A stretch of 64,000 bases of DNA from the human T2T-CHM13v2.0 reference genome, Homo sapiens (GCF_009914755.1 NC_060925.1); one strand, 5' to 3'. Numbered from the stretch's first letter, positions 35,856 through 52,769 are shown. Notes: generated by a model from the sequence alone, not told the origin. A program made the numbers and translations.

Positions 35856-37124
35856 GATTTGCACATTTTAAAATACAATAACATCAGAAAGCAACTAAAA
35901 AGTCATAAAGACCACTATTTTCAATAATTAATTAATTACTACATAAAGTTGCTCCTTTAATCATTATGCACACAATCCTCTCTGAACATTACTGTTTCCA
36001 ACCTGGAATATTTTTCTCTTTTAAATTACTGCTCCTCAGCAGAGACAGGCCTTAGTAAGAGTATATCCCAAACTGTAATCAGTGAAACCCTTGGGCAAGG
36101 TGCTGCTTCCAGGAGGCCTAGAGGTGAGGAAGAGGCCAGAGGTTGGGCTCTAGGGCAACACAGCAGCTCTGCCTATCAGCTTTATTATGTGGGTTCTGAA
36201 ATAAGATTTCATTTTTGGACAAAAGTTCCTATTGCTCAAAACCTGTTAGAAAATAGTTGTATAAGCCTAGGGGTTATGACTCAGAAATGTGGAAGAAAGA
36301 GTTAAGAAGATTAAAGAACTATTAATCAACCAATTTCAATGGAGATAGCAGGTAAATAGCAACAGCAAGAGCTATTAATTACTTCATAGAGTACTCCTAT
36401 AACAGCTAGGAACCATTCTCTTTACCTAGTCTTGTCTTCTTTCATATTTCATTTTTCTTCTTTTCTCCTCTTCCCTTCCTCTTTTTCTATGTAGTAGTTT
36501 CCTTTTCCTCATCTTTTCAGCAGTGTTATGTCTCTGATATATCACTAACATGGAAATGAAGTGTTTCTTAGGACTTGATGGTTTTCTTAAGTGAAAAAAT
36601 TGTATTTTCTGCTTTAAAAGTATTAAGTGGCTGTAGAAAAGGTCTGGAAGAACACCTTTCAAACTCTGTACTATGGAATAGAAGAGCTTTCCCTTTTCAC
36701 TTTATATAACTACTATATTGCTTCAATTTTTATAAAATTTTGTTTAATTAAAACCTTTAAGTTGAAAATAGAAAAGTTGTGAGGCAAAAGTAGTAAAAGA
36801 GACAAAGGATAAGAAGCCAGGCACGTCTTTTTCAGGACCAACTTCCTTCTCCAGGCAGTTTCAATGTGAATTTGGGGAAAACAAGTATTTGCCACATTGT
36901 GACAGAGTGAGCATGAAAAAGCAGTCTATGCAGTCAACCCTTCCAAGTCTATTTGGTTCTCAGAAAGGTCTAAAGATACAAATTTAGATCAGGAAATCAA
37001 ATTTCTTAAAACACTCCCCGTCTAAAGAAAACACTGGAATGGCAGGTCAATGACAGAGTTGCTCCCAGGGTTTGGTTCCTCACTGAGAACAGACTGAGGA
37101 TGTATCCCACTGATGACAGTAATG

Positions 37125-37750
37125 CTGTTCCATTGAAATATAACGCCACACACGAGTGTTAACTTAAAATGTTTCTAATAGCCACATTTTTAAAATTCAA
37201 AAGTATACACACACTACAACAAAAATATGTTACATGACGCATAGGTTATAGTAGTCTTACCAAAACAATAAGGTTCTGTTTAACAATATAGTTTTTACAT
37301 CTAAATAAACTAAGATTAAATACAATTTAAAATTCAGTTTCACACTAGCCAAATTTCATGTGTTCCACAGTCCCATGTGGAAACTGGTTACTTTATTGGA
37401 CAGTACAGATATAGAGCACTGCTAAAGTTTCTAAAATTGTTGTACATTTTTCCTACTGAAAGTGTGGTACATGAGTCGGCACCTGAGGCAGCACCTAGGA
37501 GTGTGTTTGGACCTCTCCCAAGAAATACAGAATCAGAAGCTGTATGTTACCAAGGCTCCTGGGTGATGTGTATGCACACTGAAGTCTAGAAGCACTGTTA
37601 CGAGACACTGGCTGTCAAACTTGGTTGCATACTGGAATCATGTGGAGAGTTTAAAAAATAACAATGCCTGGTGTTCTCATTCCAAGGATTCTGACTTAAT
37701 TAATATAGCGTAGGGCCTGAGCAACCAGATTTTTTAATAAGTCCCCAGGA
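37125..37750. mobile_element. Cluster of hAT-Charlie MITE relics (MER3/MER33-like, MER5A1-like, MER5A/B-like)
   Basis: Recalled phrases tagccacattt...attggacagtacag; gcacactgaagtctagaagcactg; tcaaacttggttgcatactggaatca...gattctgacttaatt. Confidence 0.65.
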
Positions 37751-38030
37751 AATCTTTGATATATATTGATTACTCACATATTTTAATTATTTTACATAAA
37801 CTTCCTAGTTTAGGGTCTGGCACAGAGCAGGCATTCAATAAATGACAGTAATTATGTAAAACAACATGCCTAGAGATCTCGAGACTCGACTATGAACTAA
37901 TCTTACACTTTTTGTTCATCATTCAAATTAAACAAAATATAAAAATGAAAGTTTTTTCAATATGAAGTTTAGTTATAAAGACATTTTATAAACAATGAAA
38001 AGCATGAAAATGTACATATGAAAAACCTAC

Positions 38031-38077
38031 CTCGGCTAGGCGCCAGAGGATTTAAAGGACGATAAACAGATCGAGGC
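38031..38077 (-). CDS. ERO1B: ERO1B exon 8: PRSVYRPLNPLAPSR
   Basis: tttttcag|G ... G|gtaggt; 47 nt, phase 2-1. Confidence 0.95.
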
Positions 38078-38173
38078 CTGAAAAAGAAAGCATAATACCC
38101 AAACATAGAATGTTTTAACTTTTATAGTGTATAATTTTATTCCAATAGAAACAAATACTCCCCTCCCCACCCT

Positions 38174-38640
<467 letters not shown>

Positions 38641-39318
38641 CTGAACAAGAAAAAATTCATAAAAACCATCCATATTTCACCATTTATCTAAGATTTAACA
38701 GTACAAAGCAAACCGGACTACTCAAAGGTAAGAAAAATGTCATGCTTTTCAAGTAATCTCCAACTTAAATGGTATAGTGGTTAGTATACTTGTGACTGTA
38801 CTTGATGCAAGATTTGTAATAACTTGGACAAATTCCTTAAGAGAAGAAAAAACAACTCTTCCATTTCCTTTGGATACGCAGTGCTCTTTTAAGTAATATA
38901 ACATCCCCTTCACCTTATTAGAGACATGAATCATTTCTTAAGTTTTAACCACCCAGGATTGAAAAGACCAAACAGAATCATAACCTGCTTTAATATTTCA
39001 TATGATTTCTTCTCTAAGAATATATCCACCTAACCACGCACTTGGAAACATTTTGTAACATATATTGTATTAAAAATAGAGATTTCCCTGCTACTCTCTG
39101 CTTGGACTCATGAAGTAAACGGCTCCATAACTTTGTGATCCAAATCTGATTATTCATAAAGCTATACCATGCTCTAGTTTTTAAAAGTTATATATTACTA
39201 TTTTTACTGATGTCAACATATTGAAGTGTTTTTTTTGCTCTCAAACTAAAACATAGTAGGCACAACTTTCACAAACTTGTTGAAATATTTAAAACTAAAT
39301 AACCATTTTCCATATTGA

Positions 39319-39657
<339 letters not shown>

Positions 39658-40091
39658 CTATTTGGACATTTTAATTGAGATCTCTGAGAAATACAAAAGA
39701 TTTTAAAAATCTTAATTATTGAAGCTCACATTCTGAATAGAAATGGGAAACGTGCTTTTCATAGCTAAAGAAAAATTATAATGACCATGCCTCACACATG
39801 TATGCTCATAATACATAGATGCTCAAGTGTTATATATGGCACACGTATATTCCTTTATTTATATGCTTACTACCGTTTGTTGTCATGAATTTAAACAATA
39901 GTACAGAGGCAGCTGGTTTAAAACAGGAGTCAAATGTGGTCATTAAATGTCTCTCTTTCATTACCTGATGGTATATTTTCCTGTCAGTAAACAGTATTCC
40001 CTGGACAGTCAATGACCACAGACTGGGATTATCCATGATCACAAGGGCAAAACAGCATCTTGATCCATGCCTTCCAAGAATTACCTGGCAC

Positions 40092-40335
40092 TTTTGTTTT
40101 TGAGACAGAGTCTTGCTTTGTCTCTCAGGCTGGAGTGCAGTGTGAGATCTCAACTCACTGTAACCTCCGCCTCCCAGGTTCAAGCAATTATCCTGTCTCA
40201 GCCTCCCAAGTAGCTGAGATTACAGGCACTCGCCACCATGCCTGGTTGGTTTTTTGTATTTTTAGTAGAGACGGGGTTATGCCATCTTAGCCAGGCTGGT
40301 CTCAAACTCCTGATCTCAGGTGATCCACCTGCCTG
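40092..40335 (-). mobile_element. 5'-truncated Alu
   Basis: TSD cctggcacttt. Confidence 0.9.
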
Positions 40336-40611
40336 GCACTTTCATGATGTAGGAAGAATACAAGGATAACTAACAATTTACTGTATTAAATGGGTTGTAT
40401 ATAACTTAGACAATGGAAACATGATTTTGCAGACTATAAGAATACTGGCTCTATTTCTAGCTCTAAATTTGTAAAGATACTCCACTATAAAAAGCAAGGC
40501 AAGGAAAACAATTTACAGATGGATAGAAAAAACTGTCCAAGAACACAGATTGACTCAGGGCTCAAAAACAATAACTTTTAAAATCTTAATTTAAAATAAA
40601 AATTCAAATTA

Positions 40612-40806
<195 letters not shown>

Positions 40807-41199
40807 TTAGGAAAGAAAAAAAATCTTAAAATTCAGTATTTAATTTCTAAGTTGTATAGTTTTAATCTCCATAAGCTGCTCTTGAATAAATTCATCTGCA
40901 AAACTGAATTATATATAAGCTTCACAATATAACATTAATTTATGTTCTCTGACACATATATATTATATATTTATAAATAATTTGTGTATGTGTGTGTACA
41001 TGTAGGACTACATGTGTATAGAATCCTCTACAAACGTGCAAATTGGACTAGTACCAACCTCTTTTCCCAAGAAAACCAACCAAATAACCAATAAAGAAGA
41101 AAAACCATGATTCAGATATTAAACCATGATGATTTAAAATATACTTTAAGGGAGCTAAAAAATCACAAGAGGAAAATCAATTATATCAGGTTTTTCATT

Positions 41200-41328
41200 G
41201 TTCTTTTTTAAGAAAAGTGGTCTTACTTTGTTGTGCAGGCTGGACTCGAACTCCTGAGCTCAAGCAAGCCTCCTGCCTCAGCCTCCCAAGTAGCTGGGAC
41301 TCCAGGTGCTCACCACGACACACAGCTC
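41200..41328 (-). mobile_element. Alu monomer
   Basis: TSD caatta(t/c)atcaggtttt. Confidence 0.8.
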
Positions 41329-41474
41329 AATTACATCAGGTTTTATAACTACTTAAGTAAAACTTACATTTTCAATGTTCTTAATGTTTATTCCCTTAGT
41401 TTAATCAATACTTTTTAAAAAAATCTTGTAATACTTTTTCAAATCATGAAAAGAGTGGGTTTTGTTAACCTATA

Positions 41475-41696
41475 CAAGGAGTTTGCAAACTACAGCTTGT
41501 GTGCCAAATCTGGCCTGCTGCTTATTTTTGTAAATAAAGTTTTCATGGAACACAGCCATGTTCATTTGTTTACATACTGCTTTCACACTATTATGGCAGA
41601 GATGAGTAATTCCAACAGAGACCCTATAGTCAGTCTATAAAGCCTAAAATAGTTACCATTAGTCCATTTTCTTAAAAAGCTTACCAACCTCTGCTC
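41475..41696 (+). mobile_element. MER58A-like hAT MITE
   Basis: gcaaactacagc...gccaaatctggcctgctgc...tttttgtaaataaagtttt...ggaacacagccatg. Confidence 0.8.
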
Positions 41697-42005
41697 TATA
41701 CTGACAAGAATTTCATGGGACATCCAGAGTGAGCAACGTGTGTGGCAGAAAGCATCTACAGGCCAAGTTCTCTACAAACACACTAGCTGGTAGTGCCCAT
41801 CCTTATCCCTGGGCCATCTGTGACACTGATTTTCATTTGTTCAACTGAAACTTGTCTCAGTTTGCACAGCTGCGTCATTCATTCAGATAATTCTCTCTAA
41901 ATTATCTGGCCCTCTACTATGACCCTCTCCCACAAAAGTTTTATCTTCTTTCTGCCTCTACAAAGCAGCTTCATAATTCCTTATTCTTGGAATTCATGAA
42001 GTTGA

Positions 42006-42504
<499 letters not shown>

Positions 42505-43560
42505 TAAGTATACGATTTTTTTCTAACTGAATTTCCTTTCCACTGTCCTAATTTAATAGAGTTATGAGGTCATACCACATTTTCTAGGATGTTAAACTTT
42601 CCTCCCTACTTCCTAACTCATATATCTCTTAAACATTAATGGTAGCATACAGAACAACTTAGTGTGCAAGCTCTTTGCTACGGTCACAGATAAAAAAATA
42701 CTGTATTATAGACTCAGGATTAAGCTTAAAGCCCTCCATCACCAACCCTACCCCAAACTGCTACTAACTCACTATTAAAACATGATTTACAGTCAAGGAG
42801 AAGCTACAGTTTATAAAGCTCTCAAAAAATTTTGATACACAACCAGATTTAGAAACTACTGTTTTAAACATTAAATTTATTAATGAACATATTTTAAGGG
42901 AAAAAATAAAACTAAAAATCTATCATGCTATTTAGGCTTTTTATGAACCAACTAGTTCATTCAGCAAGTATTTACTAAGCATCTACCACGTCCAGGCACC
43001 ATTCTAGGCACTAGGGATACATTAGTGAACCAAAAACAAAGCCCTTGCCCTCAAATAGCTCACAATCTAGCTGGGGAAGACTGACAAGAAACCGATACAC
43101 TCAATAATATGCCATATACTGTCAGACAGTTGTTAGTGCTTGGGCAGGGTGGGGGCCATCAAAGCAAAGGGACAGGGAGTGATAGTGGCTACTATCTTAC
43201 ACAGCGAGATGAGAGCAGGCTTTTCTGATAAAGTGACATTTGAGGAGAAACATGAACAAGAAGCAAGCCATGATAAAGACAGTAACAACAACAACAAAAA
43301 AGAGTGGTAGGGAAAGCAGTTTACCTTAAAGGATATTAAATTACTAAATTATTTTAAAAACTACTATTTGATCTATAGGGATCATCTTCCATTCAAATGA
43401 AGTCATTATCAACAGCAAAACAGCAGGAAATGGACATATTCCCTAGTAAACTGGGTGAATATTCTTTATATTTTTGTTTTAATCCACTGAATTTGGGAAA
43501 CAGCAATAACTAAACAATGATTCTAAAGCTACCCTGACAGTAATTTTAAAAACTACTATA

Positions 43561-43870
43561 GGCCAGGCACGGTGGCTGATGGCTGTAATCCCAGCACTGT
43601 GGGAGGCCAAGGCAGACGGATCACCTGAGGTCAGGAGTTTGAGACCAACCTGGCCAACATGGCGAAACCCTGTCTCTACTAAAAATAAAAAAAAAAATTA
43701 GCTGTGCATGGTGGTGCATGCCTGTAATCCCAGCCACTAGGGAGGCTGAGGCAGAATTGCTTGAACCTAGGAGACAGGTTGCAGTGAGCCAAGATTGTGC
43801 CATTGCACTCCAGCCTGGGCAACAGAGTGAGACTCCATCTCAAAACAAAACAAAACAAATCAAAAACAAA
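43561..43870 (+). mobile_element. Alu, intron 6
   Basis: Dimer, (aaaac)n tail. Confidence 0.92.
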
Positions 43871-44085
43871 CTGCATATAAACCATTGGAATATATATGAA
43901 CATTACAACTCAGAAGAGTCATGGTAAACCAATTAGTAGGTACCATGGTTTTATAAGAATATAAAAATAATTGATTTTAAATATAATCTTGAAAATCTTA
44001 AGGGGATGATTTCATGTAAATTCTTAAAAAATATTTCTTACTTTCTACAATTTAAGAAACTAATATTTTAAAAAATAGTTAACAC

Positions 44086-44452
<367 letters not shown>

Positions 44453-45719
44453 TTAAGTATTTTTATTAAATACCTATTTACCATAAGAGTAATACATAGT
44501 CACACAAATTATTAATTTGAAAACCTATTAAATAAGCACTATTATTTATACTTTAATCAAAGAATAGGTAAATGGACAATTTAGAAATAAATGACTATGA
44601 GTGTTAAGCACTCAAATATAAATGGCAACCAAAGAGCAAATGTGAAAGGAGAGGTTCAATGGCTTGCTTTGATAAAAGTTTTACCAATTCTCTATATCAT
44701 AGAGAGGACAGATACTTCATTAATTACCCCTTAGTATAACCTCACTCAGATTCCTTTAAAATTTCCTTACTGAAACCATATAAGCCAAGATAACATTCCA
44801 TCTCCCAGTATTATTCTCAGTTTACCATACTATCGTAGAAGCTCACTCTAACTTACTCCACTATGGGCTGGATTTATAGCACAATTCTACCCGTGAATCT
44901 TTTTTAAAACTTTAGAAAGCAGAGCATTCTAGATACTTGAAGAGTTCCAAAGAACTACTATTTCCAACTATGCACACTTAATCCCCAAATTCTTTTCCAC
45001 TGTGAAAAATATAACAATACCAAGGAAAAAGGTGAAGAGAAACTAAATGAATGATTTATGCCTACTCAGCACAATTCTTTGGGAATATTATCCCACAGAT
45101 AAAAAATTTTGAGTCACTGCAATTACCTTCTGTTAAGAGAAGTGGTAGTTACTCTGGTGGAGAGTGTCCAGTCTTTCTACCATTCCAGGGGACTCTTGGA
45201 AAAAGGGCTGTGGAGAAGTCGAATTAGAGTCCTCCCCAGCATTAGAAAGCATCTTTACATGAGTTTGTTAAGACCTCTAGCAAATTCCAGTGTAAATATT
45301 TTTACAAAATGTTCACAGACCTATAACTAAGTGGCTTCAATTGAAGGTCCATGGCAGATGGTATATCATAATGGAAAGAATACAGGTTTTGGATTCGGAT
45401 ATGGGATCAAATCCTGCCTCAGCCTCTTGCTATTGTGTGATCTTGGGCAAGTTATTTAGTCTTTTTCAGACTCAGTTTTCTCAGATATGAAATAATACAC
45501 ACTTATGAAGGTAGCTGCAAAGACCAGAAATAATGTATTTAAGGCACTTAACATAGGGCCTGGAACACAGGCTCTCAATAAATGCCATTATGAATAATAA
45601 GGTCTACATAGCAAAATCCAGTACTGAAGCTATAATTCAGTTTATATTTTCATTGATTAAAATGTCTTATAAAAGGGTTAAAGTTAAAATAATTTAATTA
45701 TAATAGTTTATTGTATTAC

Positions 45720-45793
45720 CATCAAGTTCACAAAAGTGATCCCGTGAATCATCATATCTTGCCCAGTCAATGAAAGCTTCTTTGCTTTGATTA
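45720..45793 (-). CDS. ERO1B: ERO1B exon 6: [24 protein letters not shown]
   Basis: cccatag|T ... G|gtaat; 74 nt, phase 2-1. Confidence 0.96.
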
Positions 45794-47303
45794 CTATGGG
45801 AAGGAGGAATAAAAAAGAAAAATTATTAAATTTGGAGCTGAAACTTTTAATACTGTATTCTAGTGTAATTAAAATAGATAATCTGAGGTCAGTTAAAGAT
45901 TAGATGATGTCACAATTCTGCTATTAGTGATTACATGAAGGGATGACAAAAAACAAGTTATAGGAAAATATATGTATTAATTTCCTTGAGTAATTTATAT
46001 TTCTTAACTATACTGAATTATTAGGACTAGTCAATAATAATTATTTCAAGGAGAAATTAATTTGTAAATACATATAACATGTAGTTAAACACAAAACTCA
46101 AGCTAAACTTTTCAATTAACTTAGAAATTATAACGTTAAATGTATTTTTTCCGAAGTAATTAAATTTATTTTCAGAATTCTTTTAATTTAAATTGTGTCT
46201 ATACTTACAAGATCTAAAATACCAATAACTGTATTTCTATAATCTCCCATCCAATGTGGTATTCACTGGTTACAACAATGCCACTTTTATCATGGTGTAT
46301 CACTCGTTTCACAGCCTAGTTAACATTTAACAAAATCTATGATCAAGATTTCTAACTTGAAGAACTGATAAGTAACAACTACATTCCTTGAAATCAACTT
46401 TGATCTACATTAACTTGAACCTATATTCAGGCCTTCTCTGTATTGAATACTCATGATGGTAGTATCTATCAGAGAGGCATCATTTTGCTACCCTCTTTAT
46501 TCATAACACAAAAGGAAAAAACAAGGTACAAAAAACTGTATAAATCAGGTATATAAAGGTAAAAATCAGGTAATTCCTAAATGTGGTACTGTCATAATCA
46601 AGAATTTGTTTTGTATTTGAGAAGCCACTACAAAGAAGTGTATAAGCTTGGCTGTACTACATCAACTTTATCAATACATTTTTCCAGTTCAACTTACTGT
46701 GGAATTTTTTTCCCTATGGGAGTATATAATAAAAATTAACAAAAATATTGTATCACAGTTGACCCAACTGAAATACGTGATGCCATAAACAATAATGCCT
46801 AATTACAGCTAAAATGACGTTAACTAAACTTGTGTTTAATAAGATAGATCTTATGTTGAAAGTAGTGAAGAACAAATCAATAGTGATACAAATTCCTATT
46901 TTCTTGTTAACAATATGACTTTCAGGAAATTTCTTCTTTGAGCATCCTCATTTGAAGAGGCTTTGCTGATTCTTTCACCTAACCCCTGCCTAAAACCACA
47001 GTAAAGCCATGCCTAAGCCCGAAAAAACATTGAATGTGCATCTAATGCTAATAAAGCTGGCTCAGTTTGATTTATAAATGAGTTAGAAGGGACCTTAGAG
47101 GTTATCTACTTCAGCTTTTCCAAATGTCAGTTTGAAGATGGATGCAACACTATTTGCATGAGAATTTCTTGGACTTAACTCAGCACTTCCTTTCAAGATA
47201 GTGTCCCAAGGTTAAAGTAGTAGTCTTCAAACTGGGAAATGAGGAGCATAAAAGATGGAATAGGGAATGAGAAACTTTCTGGGAGTGATAAATATATACA
47301 TAT

Positions 47304-47591
47304 ATTTTTTGAGACAGGGTCTCACTGCACCCAGGCTGGAGTGCACTGACATCATAGTTCACTGTAGCCTTGACCTTCTGGGATCAAGTGATCCTTCTAT
47401 CCTCAGCCTCCCAAGTAGCTCGAACTATAGACATACGCCAACACATCCAGCTAATTTATTTATTTATTTTTTTGTACAGACAGGGTCTTGCTATGTTGCC
47501 CAGGCTGGTCTCAAACTCCTGGGCTCAAGTGATCTGCTTGTCTTGGCCTCCCAAAGTGCTGGGAGTACAGGTGTGAGTCACCATGCCCAGT

Positions 47592-47592
<1 letters not shown>
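47304..47592 (-). mobile_element. AluJ-like, intron 5
   Basis: Antisense dimer. Confidence 0.9.
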
Positions 47593-47595
<3 letters not shown>

Positions 47596-47622
<27 letters not shown>

Positions 47623-47812
47623 CACGTATATATATACGTATATACACACGTATATATATACGTATATATATACACACGTATATATATACGTATATATATA
47701 CACACGTATATATATACGTATATATATACACACGTATATATATACGTATATATATACACACGTATATATATACGTATATATATATACACGTATATATATA
47801 TGTGTGTATGTA

Positions 47813-47842
<30 letters not shown>
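47596..47842. repeat. Minisatellite, 28-bp unit CACGTATATATATACGTATATATATACA, in (TA)n
   Basis: About 6 near-perfect units. Confidence 0.95.
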
Positions 47843-47860
<18 letters not shown>

Positions 47861-48152
47861 TTTTGAGACACAGTTTTACTCTGTCACCCAGGCTGGAGTG
47901 TAGTGGCACGATCTTGGCTCACCGCAACCTCCACCTCCTGGGTTCAAGTGATTCTCCTGCCTCACCCTCCTGAGTAGCTGGGATTACAGGCGTCTGCCAC
48001 CACGCCTGGCTAATTTTTTTATTTTTAGTAGTATTTAAGTAGTATTTTCACCATGTTGGCCAGGTTGGTCTTGAACTCCTGGCCTCACATGATCCCCCTG
48101 CCTCGGCCTCCCAAAGTGCTAGGATTACAGGCATGAGACACAACACCCAGCC
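47843..48152 (-). mobile_element. Alu (AluS-like)
   Basis: Antisense dimer with ~22-T tail. Confidence 0.92.
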
Positions 48153-48424
48153 TATGGTATCTTAATTGTGATGATGTTATATGGGTGGACACATGTCAAA
48201 ACATCAAACTGTATACTTTATATGCAGTGTATCATATTTCATTATACCTCAAAGTAAAGCTGTTTAAAAATCATAGTACCAATCACTGGAGAAGTTGTAG
48301 AACAGATAACTGATACACTACTAGTAGCAATATAATTTGGTAGCAATTTTAGAAAACAATTTGGCAGTACCTAATCTCATTTCTAGGTATATTCTCCATA
48401 AAAATATACATATGTATGTACCAA

Positions 48425-48731
48425 ATTTTTTTTTTATTTTTTCACAGATAGTGTCTCACTTTGTCACTCAGGCTGGGGAGTACAGTGGCACAATCATAGC
48501 TCATTGCAGTCTCAAACTCATGAACTCAAAGTGATCCTCCTGCCTCAGCCTCTCAAGTAACTGGGACTATAGGCCCATGCCACTGCACCTGGCTATTTTT
48601 TTTTTTAATTTTTTGTAGAGACAGGATCTCACTTGTTGGCCAGGCTGATTTTGAACTCCTGGCTTCAACCAATCCTCCTCCCTTGGCCTCCCAAAGTACT
48701 GGGATTACAGGCATGAGCCACCATGTCCAAC
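48425..48731 (-). mobile_element. AluJ-like
   Basis: Antisense dimer; tgta(t)c-ca(c)caaa flanks. Confidence 0.9.
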
Positions 48732-49344
48732 TGTATCCACCAAAATATTTCTGAAATGGCCCCAAAGCATAAGCTATCAAGAGCAGAATGGAAACATGGC
48801 ACATTCTTACTATAGAATACTATGTGCCAATAAAAAAGAATTAAACATTACTATGCCCAAAAACATGAATGAATCTCAGACACATGTTAACAAAAAGAAG
48901 CCAGATACAACAGAATATGTTCTATATCATTCTATTTATAAACAGTTAAAACTAATCTCTGTCAGTATCTCAAAATCACGGTTAACTTTGGAAGGTGATA
49001 ATGACTAGGAAAGTACACATGGTAATCTGGACAGCAAGTATAATGCTCTGGATGGTGGCTATAGAGTTGGGTTCACTTTGTAAAGTTACATTGACCTTTA
49101 CACTTAAGAATTTTCTATTCCACCATATGTGTATTATACTTAAATTTTTTAAGTTTAAAGAATAATTTCTGTTCAACAACAAAAAACTATATGCAAAATT
49201 AAAGGACAAATCCTAACAACACAGCCAACAAAGAATTATCACATTATATAAAGAATGCTTACAAATCAGTAATAATTTTAAAATCCAACCCAATGGAGAA
49301 AAAAATGACAAAGAATATAAACTGGCAATTTACCCCAAAATCTT

Positions 49345-50445
49345 CCAATGACTTAAGCCTAGTCCCTAGATCATTCCTCTATTTACACTCTCTCCTTGGT
49401 GATCTCATTTAGGTTTATGGCTGCTAAACACCATCTATTCATTGACTGACATCCAGACCTCTCCCCTATTTCAGATTTGTATATCCAACTGCCTACCTGA
49501 AATCTCCAAGTGGATGTCTCACAGGCAGCTCAAACTTAACAAATCCAAATTTGACTATAACTTTGTCTCAGACTTGCTCCTCCTCCAGCTGTCCACAGGT
49601 CAGTAAATGGCAACTCCATTTTTATAATTCCAAATCTTGTAGTCATCCAAAAGCTCATATCTTCTCAATACCACATATCCAATACTGCAGCAAATCCTGT
49701 TAGCTTTATCTTCAAAATACATCCAGAACCTGACCGCTTCTCATCATTTCCACTGCTATCACCCTGGTTTAAATCACCATAATGTCTTATTTGGATTACT
49801 ACGATAATCACGTAATAAGGCTTCTGCAACATATCAGGCTCCCTCAACACATGCCCTTAACTCCTCTGTTCAAAACCTCCCTGTGAGTTTTATTCCACCC
49901 AGTCTAAGAGCAAACACTCATTATAATTGCTTTCAAGGCTCTACAAGATCTCTACCCACCCCACCTCCTGCCCCATCCCTAGCATCTTTTGACCTTGTCT
50001 TCTGCTACTTTGCCCTTGATGACTGTGCTGCAGTTACATTGGTCTTATTGTGTTTAAGTCTAGGCATGATCCTGCCATGGGGGTTTTCAACTAACATTTA
50101 TATATACCTGGAATGCTCATCCCCCAGCCAACCATAGTAAGACTCATGCCTTCACCTTCTTCGGCAATTTGTTCAAATGTTGTATTATCTTCTCTGACCA
50201 CCCAATTTAAAACAGTGCCACTCTCTCACTCCTAGCCCTCTTTGTTCTTCCCTGCCTGTCTTCCCTAGCATTCATCATCATTTTACTTACTTATTTCTCA
50301 TATATTTTACTTGTTTATTGTGTTATTTCCTCTGACAAGGATCAAGTTGCACGAGGGCGGAAATTTTATCCATTACGCTACTGGATTCCTAGTACCCTAG
50401 AACAGTGCTTGGCACATTGTAGACATTCATTTGTTGAATGAATAA
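49345..50445 (+). mobile_element. L2 3' fragment
   Basis: tatatccaactgcctacc...ggatgtctcacaggcagctcaaacttaac; ends agaacagtgcttggcaca...tttgttgaatgaat. Confidence 0.8.
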
Positions 50446-51285
50446 GAAACTCAAATGTCCAATAAATAAAAAATGCTCAAATCCACTAGTAATTACGAAG
50501 TATAAAATAAAAACAAGGTACTATTTCACACTCAACAAACATTATCAACTTTTGGTAAGGATGTAGAGAATGATACAAGCTGTCAGCACTGGAGTCAGTA
50601 TATATTCACACCAAGTACTATGGAATGTCATCAGGCAATATCAAGAATGGGTATTAAAAAGACAATCCTAAGATTCAACAATTCTACTTCTAATGTGAAA
50701 AAAAATTTGGGAATGCTCAAGGTGGCATGTTTGTAAAAGTAAATAATTGGAAATAGCTAAACATCCATCAATAAGTGAATAGCTAAGTAAAATATGGGAT
50801 ATTTATATGATGAAAATCATTCATCAGTTAAAAGAATAAATCTGTGTTTCAACATGGACAGATCTAGAAAGCAAAATGTACAATGAAAAATGTAGCAGAA
50901 TGTTAAATATAGGATATCATTTATACAAAGGAAAAATAAAACCATATACACAAAATAAAACTATCTTATTTATACATATAAATATATAAAAACAAAAACA
51001 GACTGGATATACACCAACTAATTCTTGATAGTAGTTACCTCTACTGGATTAGGGAATACAGCATAAGGGATTTTAAATTTATCTGTGATGTTTCTTGTTC
51101 CTTAAAACATATGGCAAAAAATGTTAATATTTATTTACTTGGAATGGAGGATTATTTATTTGAAATGGAGGATATGTATGTGGGTGTTTATTATCTTTTA
51201 TTTTCCTATATTAAATTTTGTCTTCAATAAATAAAATTGCTAACTTATACTGAGTCATTAGCAATTATGGTACATAAATACAAAT

Positions 51286-51889
<604 letters not shown>

Positions 51890-52144
51890 TAGCTGAACAA
51901 TCTTGTAAATTTCTACTTTTTAAAAGATTTACTATGGATGATACATTCTAGAAATTTAAGGATAAATCAGCCAAGAAGAGGCAAAGCTATTATGAAATTT
52001 AGGATAAAGAAAAACTTTTTCTTCCTTTTAAAAATATATTAGTTAAAACTTTAATGGGTTCGAAAATGTTTTACCAAAATCATAAAAAATTGATTCTTGA
52101 TATCAATGAGAATATTTTCTTAATATTACCAAAATAAAACTTGC

Positions 52145-52227
52145 CTTAATGTGCTGTTAATTGCTCCCAGTTTATTAGCTTGCTCACAAACTTCTAATTC
52201 TTTGGTATTGTTTGCCATTTTCAAGTA
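52145..52227 (-). CDS. ERO1B: ERO1B exon 5: [27 protein letters not shown](S)
   Basis: ttgcag|TAC ... AAG|gcaagt (GC donor); 83 nt, phase 0-2; includes Cys130 and N-glycosylation sequons NNT, NST. Confidence 0.95.
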
Positions 52228-52449
52228 CTGCAAAGAAGTTCGTAAGTTTAGTAAAAATTATTACCTTATTCTTTATTTCAGTTTCTATTGGCAGAATAAT
52301 CAATCTGTCAACAATGATATACACTAAATATACATACATTCCATTATAAAAATCCCTATCATATGTAAGAAATACAAATGAAAATGAGGCAGAAATTTCC
52401 ACCAACTAAATATTATTTCCATCAACAACATATTAAAATTTAACAATTA

Positions 52450-52769
<320 letters not shown>

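Noticed and set aside
47596-47842. CRISPR-like regular palindromic repeats
   Set aside because: No unique spacers, low complexity, mammalian intron
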